This document shows, piece by piece, positions 9,624 through 20,493 of a stretch of 64,000 nt of DNA. Positions within the stretch are counted from its first letter, which is position 1, and every line of letters begins with the position of its first letter. The translations under genes and the position numbers were made by a program. The notes beneath the pieces were generated by a model. That model made no database searches and was not told the origin of the DNA. It saw only the letters and a program-made list of their open reading frames with translations. Source of the DNA: Alphaproteobacteria bacterium (GTDB lineage: Bacteria; Pseudomonadota; Alphaproteobacteria; SP197); contig OZ245842.1 of the NCBI GenBank assembly GCA_965228895.1, forward strand, positions 4,032,001 through 4,096,000, written 5' to 3'.

Positions 9624-10463
9624 TCATCCCTGGACGTTGTGAACTGTTGCCGGTTCTCTCGTCTTGGATAACGAGCTCAAGAAAATTGAAAAGAGCTCGG
9701 ACTGCGAAATGATGCCCAGCTTGGCGTAGATGTTCTTGCGATGCACTTTGACGGTGCCTGACGAAATTCCCAGGATCTTCGAGATTGAATCGGAGGAATG
9801 GCCGCGCAAGACCAGGCCCACGACTTCGCGCTCTCTGGGCGACAGCAGCGAGCGCCCGAAATTGCGAAACGTATAGTCGATATAGCGTTCCAGAATCTCG
9901 TGTTCGGGGTCCACGACGTCGTCGGAGAACCGGCCGCTCAGGTCGTGCCAGTGCGATTCGGCGGAGGCGCGGACAAACGGCTCGACCTTTCTGAGCCGCG
10001 CCATCTCCTTTTCGCTGAACACCGGCCTGTTGCTTGACCGCATCAACGACATCACCGCGCGAACGTCATCCGGCAGCGAGACGACAAAGCCAATCTCTTC
10101 GGCGAGCCCGGTCTTGATGTAGTACGACCGAAAGTACTCGCTTTGATAAAAGCGGTCGGGCGCCAGTTCACGGAGCCGATAGAGCCCGGATTCGACCTGG
10201 TCCTTTGCCGCCCGAAAGAAGGGATCCAGCATATAGGGACCCTCTTGGTAGAGCGTCACGAAGATGGCGCGACGTTTGGCGCCAAAGTTATCGAACAGGT
10301 CAAGCGGGCGGTCGTCGCCGCGATAGGCGAACATGACGGAGAAATCGAAGGCCACCAAACGCCCGAGCGCGTCGACCAGGCGATGCGGATAATCCGGTGT
10401 CCTGATCGACTTGATGACCTTGGCGATCTCTTCGTGCCAGGCATGATCGGTTACCTGCAACAC
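9624..10463 (-). CDS. LuxR-family transcriptional regulator (non-AHL ligand domain)
   Basis: C-terminal LSPREREVVGLVLRGHSS...TVKVHRKNIYAKLGI. Divergent from the ABC operon. Confidence 0.9.
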   Translation of the reverse strand: MLQVTDHAWHEEIAKVIKSIRTPDYPHRLVDALGRLVAFDFSVMFAYRGDDRPLDLFDNFGAKRRAIFVTLYQEGPYMLDPFFRAAKDQVESGLYRLRELAPDRFYQSEYFRSYYIKTGLAEEIGFVVSLPDDVRAVMSLMRSSNRPVFSEKEMARLRKVEPFVRASAESHWHDLSGRFSDDVVDPEHEILERYIDYTFRNFGRSLLSPREREVVGLVLRGHSSDSISKILGISSGTVKVHRKNIYAKLGIISQSELFSIFLSSLSKTREPATVHNVQG

Positions 10464-10525
10464 GCCCTCCGTGTGGCGTTGAACGACTCCACCCCTATCC
10501 CCTGAATCGACCTACTCATCGAGAC

Positions 10526-10543
10526 ATACCCCTCGGTAGGTAT
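10526..10543. promoter_or_regulatory. Candidate LuxR operator ATACC-N8-GGTAT
   Basis: atacccctcggtaggtat dyad in the divergent intergenic region. Confidence 0.5.
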
Positions 10544-10639
10544 ATCCTTCGCGAGCTAAATTTGCGAATTTCTTGGTTCGCGGGGATATAGCGCCGGAAT
10601 CCCATCCGAAAGCGCAACTGTGGGAGTTCAGGTAGTAGG

Positions 10640-11770
10640 TTGGAACGCGAACCCCAGGCCGAGATTGACGTCGAATTTCGCGGCGTCACCAAACGCTTCG
10701 ACGACGTCGTTGCGGTGGACTCGCTTGATTTGCAGATCCCCAGCGGCGGTTTCTTCAGCTTTCTTGGGCCATCCGGCTGTGGCAAGACGACATCGCTGCG
10801 CATGATCGCCGGCTTTGACCAGCCGACCGAAGGCGATGTCTTGATCAAGGGCGCCTCCATGGTCGGCGTTCCGGCCTATCGGCGGCCGGTCAACATGGTG
10901 TTCCAGCATTACGCGCTGTTTCCCCATCTCAACGTGTTCGACAACATCGCCTACGGATTGAGACAGGTGTCACCGCGTCCCGGCGATGCGGAGATCACCG
11001 TGCGCGTCGACGAGGCGCTCGAGCTGGTCCGGCTGGCGGGCTACGCAGGGCGCCGGATCTGGGAGTTGTCGGGCGGCCAGCAGCAACGCGTCGCCTTGGC
11101 GCGCGCTTTGATCAACCGGCCGACGGTCCTCCTGTTAGACGAGCCGCTCGGTGCGCTCGATCGAAAACTGCGCCGCGAGATGCAGATCGAACTCCAGACC
11201 CTGCAGCGCGACGTCGGCATCACCTTCATCCTGGTGACACACGACCAGGAAGAAGCGCTTTCGATGAGCGACACCATCTGCATCATGCTGGAAGGGCGCA
11301 TCGTGCAAACCGGCAGCCCGACGGAACTCTACGACGAGCCGATAAACCGCTACGTCGCCGACTTTGTCGGCCGCTCGAACTTCCTGCACGGCAAGGTCGT
11401 CACGGCGAACGCCGACCATGTCCGGCTCGAAACGACACACGGGCTGGTCCTGGGCGGACGCCGGCCGAAGGGCTCGGACGCCATGCAGACGGGCGCCAGC
11501 GCCGTGCTCGCGGTCCGTCCGGAACTGATCCACATGACCGCGTTGGCGGATGACGCGCGGCTTGACGGCGACGTCACGACATCGGCCACGGTTAAGAATC
11601 GTATCTATTTGGGCGAGCAGACCGAGTACCTGGTGGAAGCCGAAGGTCTGGGCGAAGTGTTGATTAGGTCACCTAAGCACGCTGAAACCCATACCGGCGG
11701 TTTTGCCCCAGGAAACGACGTGCTGATCGGTTGGCGGGAGGATTCCGCCCTGGCGTTGCACGACGCCTAA
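10640..11770 (+). CDS. potA: Polyamine ABC transporter ATP-binding subunit
   Basis: GPSGCGKT, LSGGQQQRVALARAL, LLDEPLGALD, C-terminal TOBE region. TTG start. Confidence 0.9.
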   Translation: MEREPQAEIDVEFRGVTKRFDDVVAVDSLDLQIPSGGFFSFLGPSGCGKTTSLRMIAGFDQPTEGDVLIKGASMVGVPAYRRPVNMVFQHYALFPHLNVFDNIAYGLRQVSPRPGDAEITVRVDEALELVRLAGYAGRRIWELSGGQQQRVALARALINRPTVLLLDEPLGALDRKLRREMQIELQTLQRDVGITFILVTHDQEEALSMSDTICIMLEGRIVQTGSPTELYDEPINRYVADFVGRSNFLHGKVVTANADHVRLETTHGLVLGGRRPKGSDAMQTGASAVLAVRPELIHMTALADDARLDGDVTTSATVKNRIYLGEQTEYLVEAEGLGEVLIRSPKHAETHTGGFAPGNDVLIGWREDSALALHDA

Positions 11771-11838
11771 GGGATCCTACCGCATGCACCCAAAGACAAT
11801 GGCACGTCAAAGAAACCCTTAACGACTGGGAGAAGAAA

Positions 11839-13008
11839 ATGACAAAGGACTATAGGGACAACCTGCCGATCAGCCGGCAGAAGTTCATGGAAGAGCTACG
11901 CCGCTATCAGAAAGGATCGGTGTCACGCCGCCATTTTCTCGGCGTCACCGGCCTCGGCATGGCCAGCGCGGTCATGGCGGGCGCCGTGCCGGGCCTCAGG
12001 CCACGCAAGTCATGGGCGGCCGAAGACATTGGCGACCGCGTCGTTTTGGCGACCTGGCCCAACTATCACGATCCCTCAAACTTCGAGCAGTTCACCGAGG
12101 AGACCGGCGCCCACGTGCAGGTGAACGTATTCGGGTCGAACGAAGAGATGCTGGCCAAGCTCCAGGCCGGTGGTAGCGGCTGGGACGTCTTTGTCCCCAC
12201 CAACTACACGATCACGACCTATGTTGGCGAAGACCTCATCGAGCCTCTCGACTTAACGATGATCCCGAACTTCCAGGCCGATGCGTTTGACGCGCGCTTC
12301 TCCGATGCCGGCACCGTCAACGGCACCGTCTTTGCGGTGCCGAAGAACTGGGGCACAACCGGTTATGTCATCAACACCAGCCACAACGGCGGCAAGGCGC
12401 CGGATACCTGGAAGCAGTTCTGGGATATGACGATGGCGGACTACTCCGGCCGCACAATGGTCCATGACTACCAACTGACGACCATCGGTAACGCGTTGAA
12501 GTACTTCGGTTATTCGTTCAACTCCGTGGATCCCGCCGAGTTGGCGGACGCCGAGAAGCTGCTGCTGGAAGCCAAGCCGCACCTCTATGCCATCTCCAGC
12601 GACTACCAGCCGCCGCTGCGCAACGGCGACGCCTGGATGTCCATGTGCTGGACCGGCGACGGCAAACAGCTCAACACCGACATGCCGGAGATGATCTATG
12701 TCCTGGGCGCCGAGGGCGGCGAAATCTGGAGCGACTACTACGCCGTTCCCCGAGGTGCGGAGCATCGCGCGGCCGGTTACGCGTTGATCAACTACCTGCT
12801 CGACCCGGCGGTCAACGCGAAGGAGGTCCTGGCCCACGGCTATCCCGTTGCCGACAGCCGGGCCAACGCGCTGCTGCCGCCGGAACTGCTGGAGGACCCG
12901 ATCCTCTATCCGGCCCAAGAGCTGCTCGACGCGCTAGAGTTCGGCGCGGCGGCAACGTTGACCGATCCGAACCGCGCTGAGCTGCTGGCGCGCTTCAAGT
13001 CGGCCTAG
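11839..13008 (+). CDS. potD: Polyamine ABC transporter substrate-binding protein (PotD/PotF-like), Tat signal
   Basis: SRRHFLG twin-arginine, TWPNY, SNEEMLAKL, WGTTG, WTGD. Confidence 0.85.
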   Translation: MTKDYRDNLPISRQKFMEELRRYQKGSVSRRHFLGVTGLGMASAVMAGAVPGLRPRKSWAAEDIGDRVVLATWPNYHDPSNFEQFTEETGAHVQVNVFGSNEEMLAKLQAGGSGWDVFVPTNYTITTYVGEDLIEPLDLTMIPNFQADAFDARFSDAGTVNGTVFAVPKNWGTTGYVINTSHNGGKAPDTWKQFWDMTMADYSGRTMVHDYQLTTIGNALKYFGYSFNSVDPAELADAEKLLLEAKPHLYAISSDYQPPLRNGDAWMSMCWTGDGKQLNTDMPEMIYVLGAEGGEIWSDYYAVPRGAEHRAAGYALINYLLDPAVNAKEVLAHGYPVADSRANALLPPELLEDPILYPAQELLDALEFGAAATLTDPNRAELLARFKSA

Positions 13009-13045
13009 ACAGACAGGCGGCAAGGCGGGCAAGAACGGTTCTGCG

Positions 13046-13897
13046 ATGTCCAGTCGTTGGATCAACAGGCTTCTTTTGTTGCCGGCCACGGTGTGGTTCG
13101 TGGTCATGCTCGCCTTGCCGCTGGTTGTCGTCGTTGTTTTCAGTTTCGGGGAACGGGCCGCAGCCGGCGGCTACGTGCCCGCGTTCACCTTTGATCAGTA
13201 CGCCAACCTGCCGGCACGATTTGCGGCCTTCAAGAACACCTTGGTTTTGGCGCCGCTGGGCACACTCGCGGCGCTCCTTGTCGCGTTTCCGCTTGCCTAC
13301 TATCTGGCGGTGAAGGCGAACCCGAAATACAAGACCTTGCTGCTGATCCTGGTCATCATTCCGTTCTGGACCAGCATTTTGATCAGGACCTATGCCTGGA
13401 TTTTCATCCTGGGCGGACGCGGCCTCCCGCAGGTCCTCGCCTTCTTCGGCTTGGGCGACATTCAGTTGATCAACACGCCCTTCGCGGTTCTGGTCGGCAT
13501 CGTCTACGGCTACCTGCCGCTGATGGTGTTTCCGATCTATGTCAGCCTGGAGAAGCTGGACAAACGCCTGTTGGAAGCGTCCAGTGACCTCGGCGCGCCA
13601 CCTCATCGCACGTTCCGGCAGGTCACCTTGCCGCTTTCCATCCCCGGCGTCGCGACAGGCTGCATGCTGGTGTTCATTCTTTTGATGGGCGAGTTCTTGA
13701 TTCCGGCCTTGCTGGGCGGCGGCAAGGTCTTCTTCATCGGCAACGCGCTGGTCGACCTCTTCCTGCAATCGCGGAATTGGGCCTTCGGCTCGGCAGTCGC
13801 CACCTCTCTTGTGCTGATCATGCTGGTGACGGTCAGTATCTACATGCGCGTGATGATGCGCCGCGGCGGACAACAAAAAGATGTCAACCTGTTCTAG
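13046..13897 (+). CDS. potB: Polyamine ABC transporter permease
   Basis: PFWTSILIRTYAW, EAS.DLGA loop. Confidence 0.88.
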   Translation: MSSRWINRLLLLPATVWFVVMLALPLVVVVVFSFGERAAAGGYVPAFTFDQYANLPARFAAFKNTLVLAPLGTLAALLVAFPLAYYLAVKANPKYKTLLLILVIIPFWTSILIRTYAWIFILGGRGLPQVLAFFGLGDIQLINTPFAVLVGIVYGYLPLMVFPIYVSLEKLDKRLLEASSDLGAPPHRTFRQVTLPLSIPGVATGCMLVFILLMGEFLIPALLGGGKVFFIGNALVDLFLQSRNWAFGSAVATSLVLIMLVTVSIYMRVMMRRGGQQKDVNLF

Positions 13898-13909
13898 CGG
13901 CCGCCCATC

Positions 13910-14734
13910 ATGAGGCTCTACGCCACCGCCGTTTACCTGTTCTTGTATGCGCCGATCGCGATCATCGTGATCTTCAGCTTCAACGCCGGGCGTCACGCCA
14001 GCGACTTCCAGGGTTTCTCGGCGCAGTGGTACGGCAAGGCCCTCAACAACCCATTCGCCATGGACTCGTTGATGACCAGCCTGATCGTCGCGTCGACGTC
14101 GGCGTTCTTCGCCAGCCTGTTCGGCACCATGGCGGCGCTCGCCTTGCAACGGGTGAAAGGGCGCCTGCGGGTTCTCTATGACGGCATGATCTATGTCGCC
14201 ATCATGATCCCCGGCATCGTCATCGGTATCGCGACGTTGATCGCGCTGGTCACCGTCTTCAATGCGCTCAACCCGTTCCTGGAAGCGATCTGGCCGTTCG
14301 AAGGATCAGCCGCGCCCCGGCTCAACATGGGTTATGTGTCGCTGATAGCCGCACACACGCTGTTCACCATGGCGCTGGTGATCGTCATCGTCAGGGCGCG
14401 TGTCGCCGGCATGGACCGCTCGCTGATCGAGGCCTCGGCCGACCTCTACGCCACGCCGTGGCGAACATTCCGTCAGGTCACGCTGCCCCAAATCTTTCCG
14501 GCCATACTCGCCGGCTTCCTGCTCAGCTTCACCTTCAGCTTCGACGATTTCATCATCGCCTTCTTTGTGGCGGGTTCGGAGACTACCCTGCCAATCTATG
14601 TGTTTTCATCGATACGCCGCGGCGTCACACCGGAAATCAACGCCATCGGCACCATGGTGCTTGTCGTATCGCTGACCTTGCTCGTGGCCGCTCAGCTTCT
14701 GTTGCGCAAACGAGGTCGCGGCAGTTCCAGTTAA
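13910..14734 (+). CDS. potC: Polyamine ABC transporter permease
   Basis: FLYAPI, EASADLYA, SFDDF, TPEINA. Confidence 0.88.
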   Translation: MRLYATAVYLFLYAPIAIIVIFSFNAGRHASDFQGFSAQWYGKALNNPFAMDSLMTSLIVASTSAFFASLFGTMAALALQRVKGRLRVLYDGMIYVAIMIPGIVIGIATLIALVTVFNALNPFLEAIWPFEGSAAPRLNMGYVSLIAAHTLFTMALVIVIVRARVAGMDRSLIEASADLYATPWRTFRQVTLPQIFPAILAGFLLSFTFSFDDFIIAFFVAGSETTLPIYVFSSIRRGVTPEINAIGTMVLVVSLTLLVAAQLLLRKRGRGSSS

Positions 14735-14755
14735 CGATCGATATGCGGCCCTTTG

Positions 14756-15769
14756 TCAGGCATCAGCCGTTATCACCGCATCAACGGGCCGCCGCATCGA
14801 CATGGGCAACGGCGGCGCGTAACCGAACCTGACGATCAGGTCGGGTCTCAATTCGCCGATGCCCAGCCAATTGGCCAACGAGGCACGCACGGACGGCACC
14901 TCGACCGGCTGGTTGACGTGGGCATGACGGATGCCGAGCGCCGTTGCCTGCAGCGCGAAACGTTGAAAGCCGCGACCGACCCGCACCCAGTGGTTCTTAT
15001 CCTGACAATCGCCGACAAAGATCGCGACACCAGCGGACGATCGCATCTGCTTTGCGTACTTCCTGTTCTCGGCGCCCTTCCTGAAGAACAAGCCGAACAT
15101 CGTCTTGCCGATCCAGGTCGGCACGGCGGGACCGCCGGCACAGACGCTGAACAGGCCGTCGCCGGTCCGCACGGCCTCAGACGGGTTGAAGCGAACCCAG
15201 TCGCGCAGCTCCTGTACGAAAGCGGGGTCTGCCATCTGGGTCGAATTGCCCTCGATAACATGGTCAAGCAGAGCATCGCATCGCGCCCGATCCGTGATCA
15301 AGATGACCGAAACCCCATCGACCGATACTGCGGTATCGAGCTTGTTCAGATCGCCGGGTGGAATATCGACGCCGTCGTAAAGAGAACGCGTTGACTGGCG
15401 TTGTGTGATCGCGTTGTAGAGATCGCTAACCGCCGCCGCGCCGGGAGCTAGATCGATATCAAGACGGCCGTCATCGGCGTTATCAAACGCGGTCGCACCC
15501 GATCGACCGTGGGCCCGCGCAGCGACAGAGAGCGTCTCCGCGGCGCAACCCAGGCTGACATAGAGATGATGATCGTCTGGATCGACAACCGGTGTCCGGC
15601 GCGTCAGGTCCGGCAAGAGACGAACGGCCGATTCACCGATTGAAAAACGCCACGGCTGGGTGTTGTGGCCATTGGGCGCCAACGTCGCCAACCGGATGAG
15701 TTCCTTAATCTCAGGCTTGTCTGCCAGGGATTCCCGCAAACGTCGCGAGGCCTCGTGATAGCGCTCCAT
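14756..15769 (-). CDS. Acg-family FMN-binding nitroreductase-like protein
   Basis: ATLAPNGHNTQPWRF and RQSTRSLY duplicated nitroreductase motifs. ATG with a GGGAGA RBS. Confidence 0.82.
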   Translation of the reverse strand: MERYHEASRRLRESLADKPEIKELIRLATLAPNGHNTQPWRFSIGESAVRLLPDLTRRTPVVDPDDHHLYVSLGCAAETLSVAARAHGRSGATAFDNADDGRLDIDLAPGAAAVSDLYNAITQRQSTRSLYDGVDIPPGDLNKLDTAVSVDGVSVILITDRARCDALLDHVIEGNSTQMADPAFVQELRDWVRFNPSEAVRTGDGLFSVCAGGPAVPTWIGKTMFGLFFRKGAENRKYAKQMRSSAGVAIFVGDCQDKNHWVRVGRGFQRFALQATALGIRHAHVNQPVEVPSVRASLANWLGIGELRPDLIVRFGYAPPLPMSMRRPVDAVITADA

Positions 15770-15867
15770 GCGATCTCCCGTTCCGTCCCCTTTCGAATGG
15801 GTGAGGCTGGCCGTGTCAATCGCCGCACGCATTGACCTTGCGCAACGATGGCGGCGACCTTCGAGGC

Positions 15868-16662
15868 CTAGCGATCGGCTTTGGAAAGCAAACGGTCACG
15901 CTGGTGCGCAAACCGCGCCAAGCCGCCGGGCGAGCCGATATCGACGAACGGCTCATCAGAAACTGCTGTGGCCCGCACGTCGAAGCCGGCGTCGATTGCC
16001 GCGTTGAACACATTGCCAAGCTGGAGATCATTGTCGGAAACGGCCGGGCCCGCCTGGTCGCTCAAGAACTCGTGCATGTACTCGGTGAACGCCGGCGTCC
16101 ACACCGCCAACGGCCAAGTGCGGGTCAGTGTTGTCGTCTGCGGCTTGATGATAAACCGCGCGACCTTGTCATGTTCCGCCATGTCCAGCATGTCGACGGC
16201 TTGCGGATCGTCGGCGGGGAAGCTGCCGACAACGACATCGGCACCCGTTTCCTCCTGCTTGGCAAGGCATCGTGCGAACGCGTGCGGACAACCAACGATG
16301 ATGTCGGGAAAGCCAAGCGCGATCAGGCTGCCGCGAACATGGGCGTGCGCTTGATCCAGACTGTAGGGGACGCCCCACGGCCGACCCATCATCAGATAGG
16401 CGATCGACAAACCTAAGCCTGAGCCGTCGCCCAAATGCCGCGGAATGTCCCACTTGCCGTCACGCACAACGATGTAGACCTGATGGATGCCGGTCTGACG
16501 CATGTCGTCGAGCAGGAATTCGATGACCGGGCGCGTGTGTTGCTTATCGGGTTCGTCCGACACGTCGACCGGGTAGAGCTCCTTGCTGAACGGCAACGTG
16601 CCCAGCCTTTTTGCTTGCCCAGCCGCCGGAATGAGCCCGACAACGGATCGCGACGTTGTCAC
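15868..16662 (-). CDS. Sugar-phosphate nucleotidyltransferase (RmlA-like)
   Basis: GLIPAAGQAKRL...SKELYPV, GFPD, DIGSP. Confidence 0.82.
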   Translation of the reverse strand: MTTSRSVVGLIPAAGQAKRLGTLPFSKELYPVDVSDEPDKQHTRPVIEFLLDDMRQTGIHQVYIVVRDGKWDIPRHLGDGSGLGLSIAYLMMGRPWGVPYSLDQAHAHVRGSLIALGFPDIIVGCPHAFARCLAKQEETGADVVVGSFPADDPQAVDMLDMAEHDKVARFIIKPQTTTLTRTWPLAVWTPAFTEYMHEFLSDQAGPAVSDNDLQLGNVFNAAIDAGFDVRATAVSDEPFVDIGSPGGLARFAHQRDRLLSKADR

Positions 16663-16727
16663 TGTCCTATCTCCGGGCCTCCCGTTTTCGACTGCGTTGA
16701 CGACGACTCGATCACAACTGTCGTTCC

Positions 16728-17153
16728 TTACGCTGAACCCGATAGCGGCCGGTCATACCCCTCGAATTGCGGCAGACCGTCGGTGATATCGTAATAGGTG
16801 CCTTTGTCCTCGACGAAAATGTGCTTTGTCATCCGCAGGCCGTCTGCATCATCGAGCGATGCAGCAAGAATGCCCATGAAGTCGTCCTTCAGCTGCTTCC
16901 AAAACAGGTGCGAGCCGCAAGTCTTGCAGAACCCCCGCGCGGCTTCAGGAGACGCCTGGTACCACGTGATGTTGTCGGCACCGTCGATTGCGATATTGCC
17001 CGCCTTGGTGCCGGTCGTCGCATAGCGGTGGCCGGCTTGGCGGCGGCACTGCGAGCAGTGGCACTCCGTGATCTCGGGACTGACGCCGCTGGCCTTGTAG
17101 CGCACGTTGCCGCAGTAACAGCCGCCGCTAACGTTAAGGAGTTTGTCGCTCAT
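16728..17153 (-). CDS. GFA family zinc-binding protein
   Basis: GGCYCG, CHCSQCRR, FCKTCGS. Confidence 0.9.
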   Translation of the reverse strand: MSDKLLNVSGGCYCGNVRYKASGVSPEITECHCSQCRRQAGHRYATTGTKAGNIAIDGADNITWYQASPEAARGFCKTCGSHLFWKQLKDDFMGILAASLDDADGLRMTKHIFVEDKGTYYDITDGLPQFEGYDRPLSGSA

Positions 17154-17244
17154 ATCGGACCCTCTTGTCGTCGCGCCAGGCTGAACAATCACGGCCCAGC
17201 CCGGACTGCGGTAGTGCGGCAGCGGATCCCCGGATCTTACGGCA

Positions 17245-18249
<1,005 letters not shown>

Positions 18250-20085
18250 TTAAACCGCCTTGGCGGCCGTCACGTCGTCGTCATACGCGCGATCAAACTG
18301 CAGTTCCGCCAACTTGGCATAAAGACCACCGCCGGCAACCAATTCCTGATGGCGGCCTCTCTCAACGATACGGCCATGGTCCATCACCAGAATCCGGTCG
18401 GCCTTCAAGACGGTGGCCAGGCGATGGGCAATGACCAGCGTCGTGCGTCCGGCCATTAGCCCATCCAGCGCCTGCTGCACTGCCTGTTCGCTTTCCGCAT
18501 CCAAGGCACTGGTCGCTTCGTCGAGCAGCAGGATCGGCGCGTCTTTCAAGATCGCCCGCGCGATAGCGATACGCTGGCGCTGACCACCTGACAGACGGAC
18601 ACCGCGCTCACCCAGGAAACTATCAAAGCCTTCGGGCAGGTCTTCGATGAAGTCGAGCGCGTGGGCGGCCCGGGCCGCGGCAACGATCTCGTCGTCGGTG
18701 GCACCCGGACGGCCATAGAGGATGTTATCGCGCACCGACGCGCCAAAGATGACGGGCTCCTGGGGCACCAACGCCATGCGCTCGCGCAGCGCCGACGGCT
18801 TGACGTCGCGCACGTCAAGGCCGTCGACCGTGACCGCTCCGGCGACCGGATCGTAGAACCGCAGCAGCAGTTGAAAGACGGTCGTCTTGCCCGCGCCTGA
18901 CGGGCCGACCAGGGCCACCGTTTCACCCGACGCGACGCTGAAGTCGACGCCTTCCAGCGACGGCTGATCGGGGCGCGAGGGATAGAAGAACCTGACGCCT
19001 TTCATGGCGACCAAACCGGGCGACGTCTCCGGCAAAGGCAAGGGACTGGCAGGCGGCTCGATGTCGCTGCCCGCATTGAGCAGTTCCAACAGCCGCTCTG
19101 CGGCGCCGGCGGCACGTTGCAGATCGCCATAGACCTCGCTGATCGCGCCGACCGAACCGGCGACGACGACGGCATAGAAGACGAAGGCCGACAACTCGCC
19201 GGCGCTGATGCGCCCGGCCAGCACGTCATGGCCACCCATCCACAAGACGATGCCGATGCCGCCGAAGACAAACAGGATGACGGTGCCGGTCAGAAGTGCG
19301 CGCGCACGGATGCGCCTGACGGCCGTCGTGAACGCGTCCTCGACGGTGACGGCAAAGCGCTGCCGCTCGAACGGTTCGCGCGCAAACGCCTGGACCGTAG
19401 GAATCGCGTTCAGCGTCTCGTCGACCCGCGCGCCGACATCGGCGATGCGATCCTGACTGGCGCGCGACAGCCGCCGCACCTTGCGTCCAAAGACGATGAT
19501 CGGCACCAGGACCAGCGGCACCATGAGAAAAACGATGCCGGTGAGTTTCGGACTGGTCACCGCCAGCATCACCGTGCCGCCGATGAAGAGCAGCATGTTC
19601 CTGAGCGCCATCGACAGGCTGGTGCCGATAACCTGCTGTAACAGCGTCGTATCCGTCGTCAGCCGCGACAGTACCTCGCCCGTGCGCGTGGTTTCGAAGA
19701 AGGTCGGCGACAGCGCGATAACCCGGTCGTAGACGTCGCGCCGGAGGTCCGCGACTGTCCGTTCGCCGATCCACGATACCAGGAAGAATCGGGCATAGCT
19801 TGCGCATGCCAGGATCACGACAATGCCCAGCATGGCGATCAGGGCGTTGTCGAGAAGCCCGGTGTCCTGGCTGGCAAACCCGTCATCGACCAGGCGCCTC
19901 AAGCCCACGCCCAGGCCCAAAACCGTCACCGCGGCCACCACCAGCGCCACCAATGCGCCGGCCACCTGGAGCCGATAGGGCCTCAGATAGCGCGCAAGGC
20001 GCCGTAACTGGCCAAAATCCCTGCTTTTGGCACGTTCATCGGTGCCTGACGGCAGCTTTCCCGGCTGGCTGGAGAATCTGGACAC
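18250..20085 (-). CDS. ABC exporter, fused permease/ATPase (MsbA/ABCB10-like)
   Basis: Six-TM domain, GPSGAGKT, LSGGQRQRIAIARA, LDEATSALD. Confidence 0.92.
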   Translation of the reverse strand: MSRFSSQPGKLPSGTDERAKSRDFGQLRRLARYLRPYRLQVAGALVALVVAAVTVLGLGVGLRRLVDDGFASQDTGLLDNALIAMLGIVVILACASYARFFLVSWIGERTVADLRRDVYDRVIALSPTFFETTRTGEVLSRLTTDTTLLQQVIGTSLSMALRNMLLFIGGTVMLAVTSPKLTGIVFLMVPLVLVPIIVFGRKVRRLSRASQDRIADVGARVDETLNAIPTVQAFAREPFERQRFAVTVEDAFTTAVRRIRARALLTGTVILFVFGGIGIVLWMGGHDVLAGRISAGELSAFVFYAVVVAGSVGAISEVYGDLQRAAGAAERLLELLNAGSDIEPPASPLPLPETSPGLVAMKGVRFFYPSRPDQPSLEGVDFSVASGETVALVGPSGAGKTTVFQLLLRFYDPVAGAVTVDGLDVRDVKPSALRERMALVPQEPVIFGASVRDNILYGRPGATDDEIVAAARAAHALDFIEDLPEGFDSFLGERGVRLSGGQRQRIAIARAILKDAPILLLDEATSALDAESEQAVQQALDGLMAGRTTLVIAHRLATVLKADRILVMDHGRIVERGRHQELVAGGGLYAKLAELQFDRAYDDDVTAAKAV

Positions 20086-20149
20086 GCGCGACCTATAGCA
20101 ACGGCCAAGCCCGGCAACAAGCGGCCAGAAAACCGGGCGTCACGCAGGC

Positions 20150-20178
20150 TTGCGCCCAGCCGCCGGGTCGCTTATAAG
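20150..20178 (+). promoter_or_regulatory. Candidate sigma70 promoter of rpmE
   Basis: TTGCGC-N17-TATAAG upstream of the start codon. Confidence 0.55.
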
Positions 20179-20204
20179 GCGCGCCCTGACCCGGAGAAGG
20201 CACG

Positions 20205-20429
20205 ATGAAGAGCGATATTCACCCTGAGTACCACGAGATCAAGGTTGTCATGACCGACGGCACCGAGTTCACGACCCGGTCGACGTGGGGCAAGGAAGGC
20301 GACACGATGACGCTCGACATCGACCCGAAGTCCCATCCAGCCTGGACCGGCGGCGGACATCGCCTGGTCGACACCGGCGGTCAGGTCGCCCGCTTCAACA
20401 AGCGTTTCGGTAACCTGAAACTGGGCTGA
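20205..20429 (+). CDS. rpmE: 50S ribosomal protein L31 (Cys-less alphaproteobacterial type)
   Basis: MKSDIHPEY...HPAWTGG...RFNKRF. Confidence 0.97.
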   Translation: MKSDIHPEYHEIKVVMTDGTEFTTRSTWGKEGDTMTLDIDPKSHPAWTGGGHRLVDTGGQVARFNKRFGNLKLG

Positions 20430-20464
20430 AACTCGGCCGAGCCGGGACCTCAGTTTTCTTCGCG

Positions 20465-20488
20465 GACGGCAGCTCAGGCTGCCGTTTG
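20465..20488. terminator. Hairpin between convergent rpmE and deacetylase genes
   Basis: gacggcagc-tcag-gctgccgtt. Confidence 0.45.
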
Positions 20489-20493
20489 TCGTT

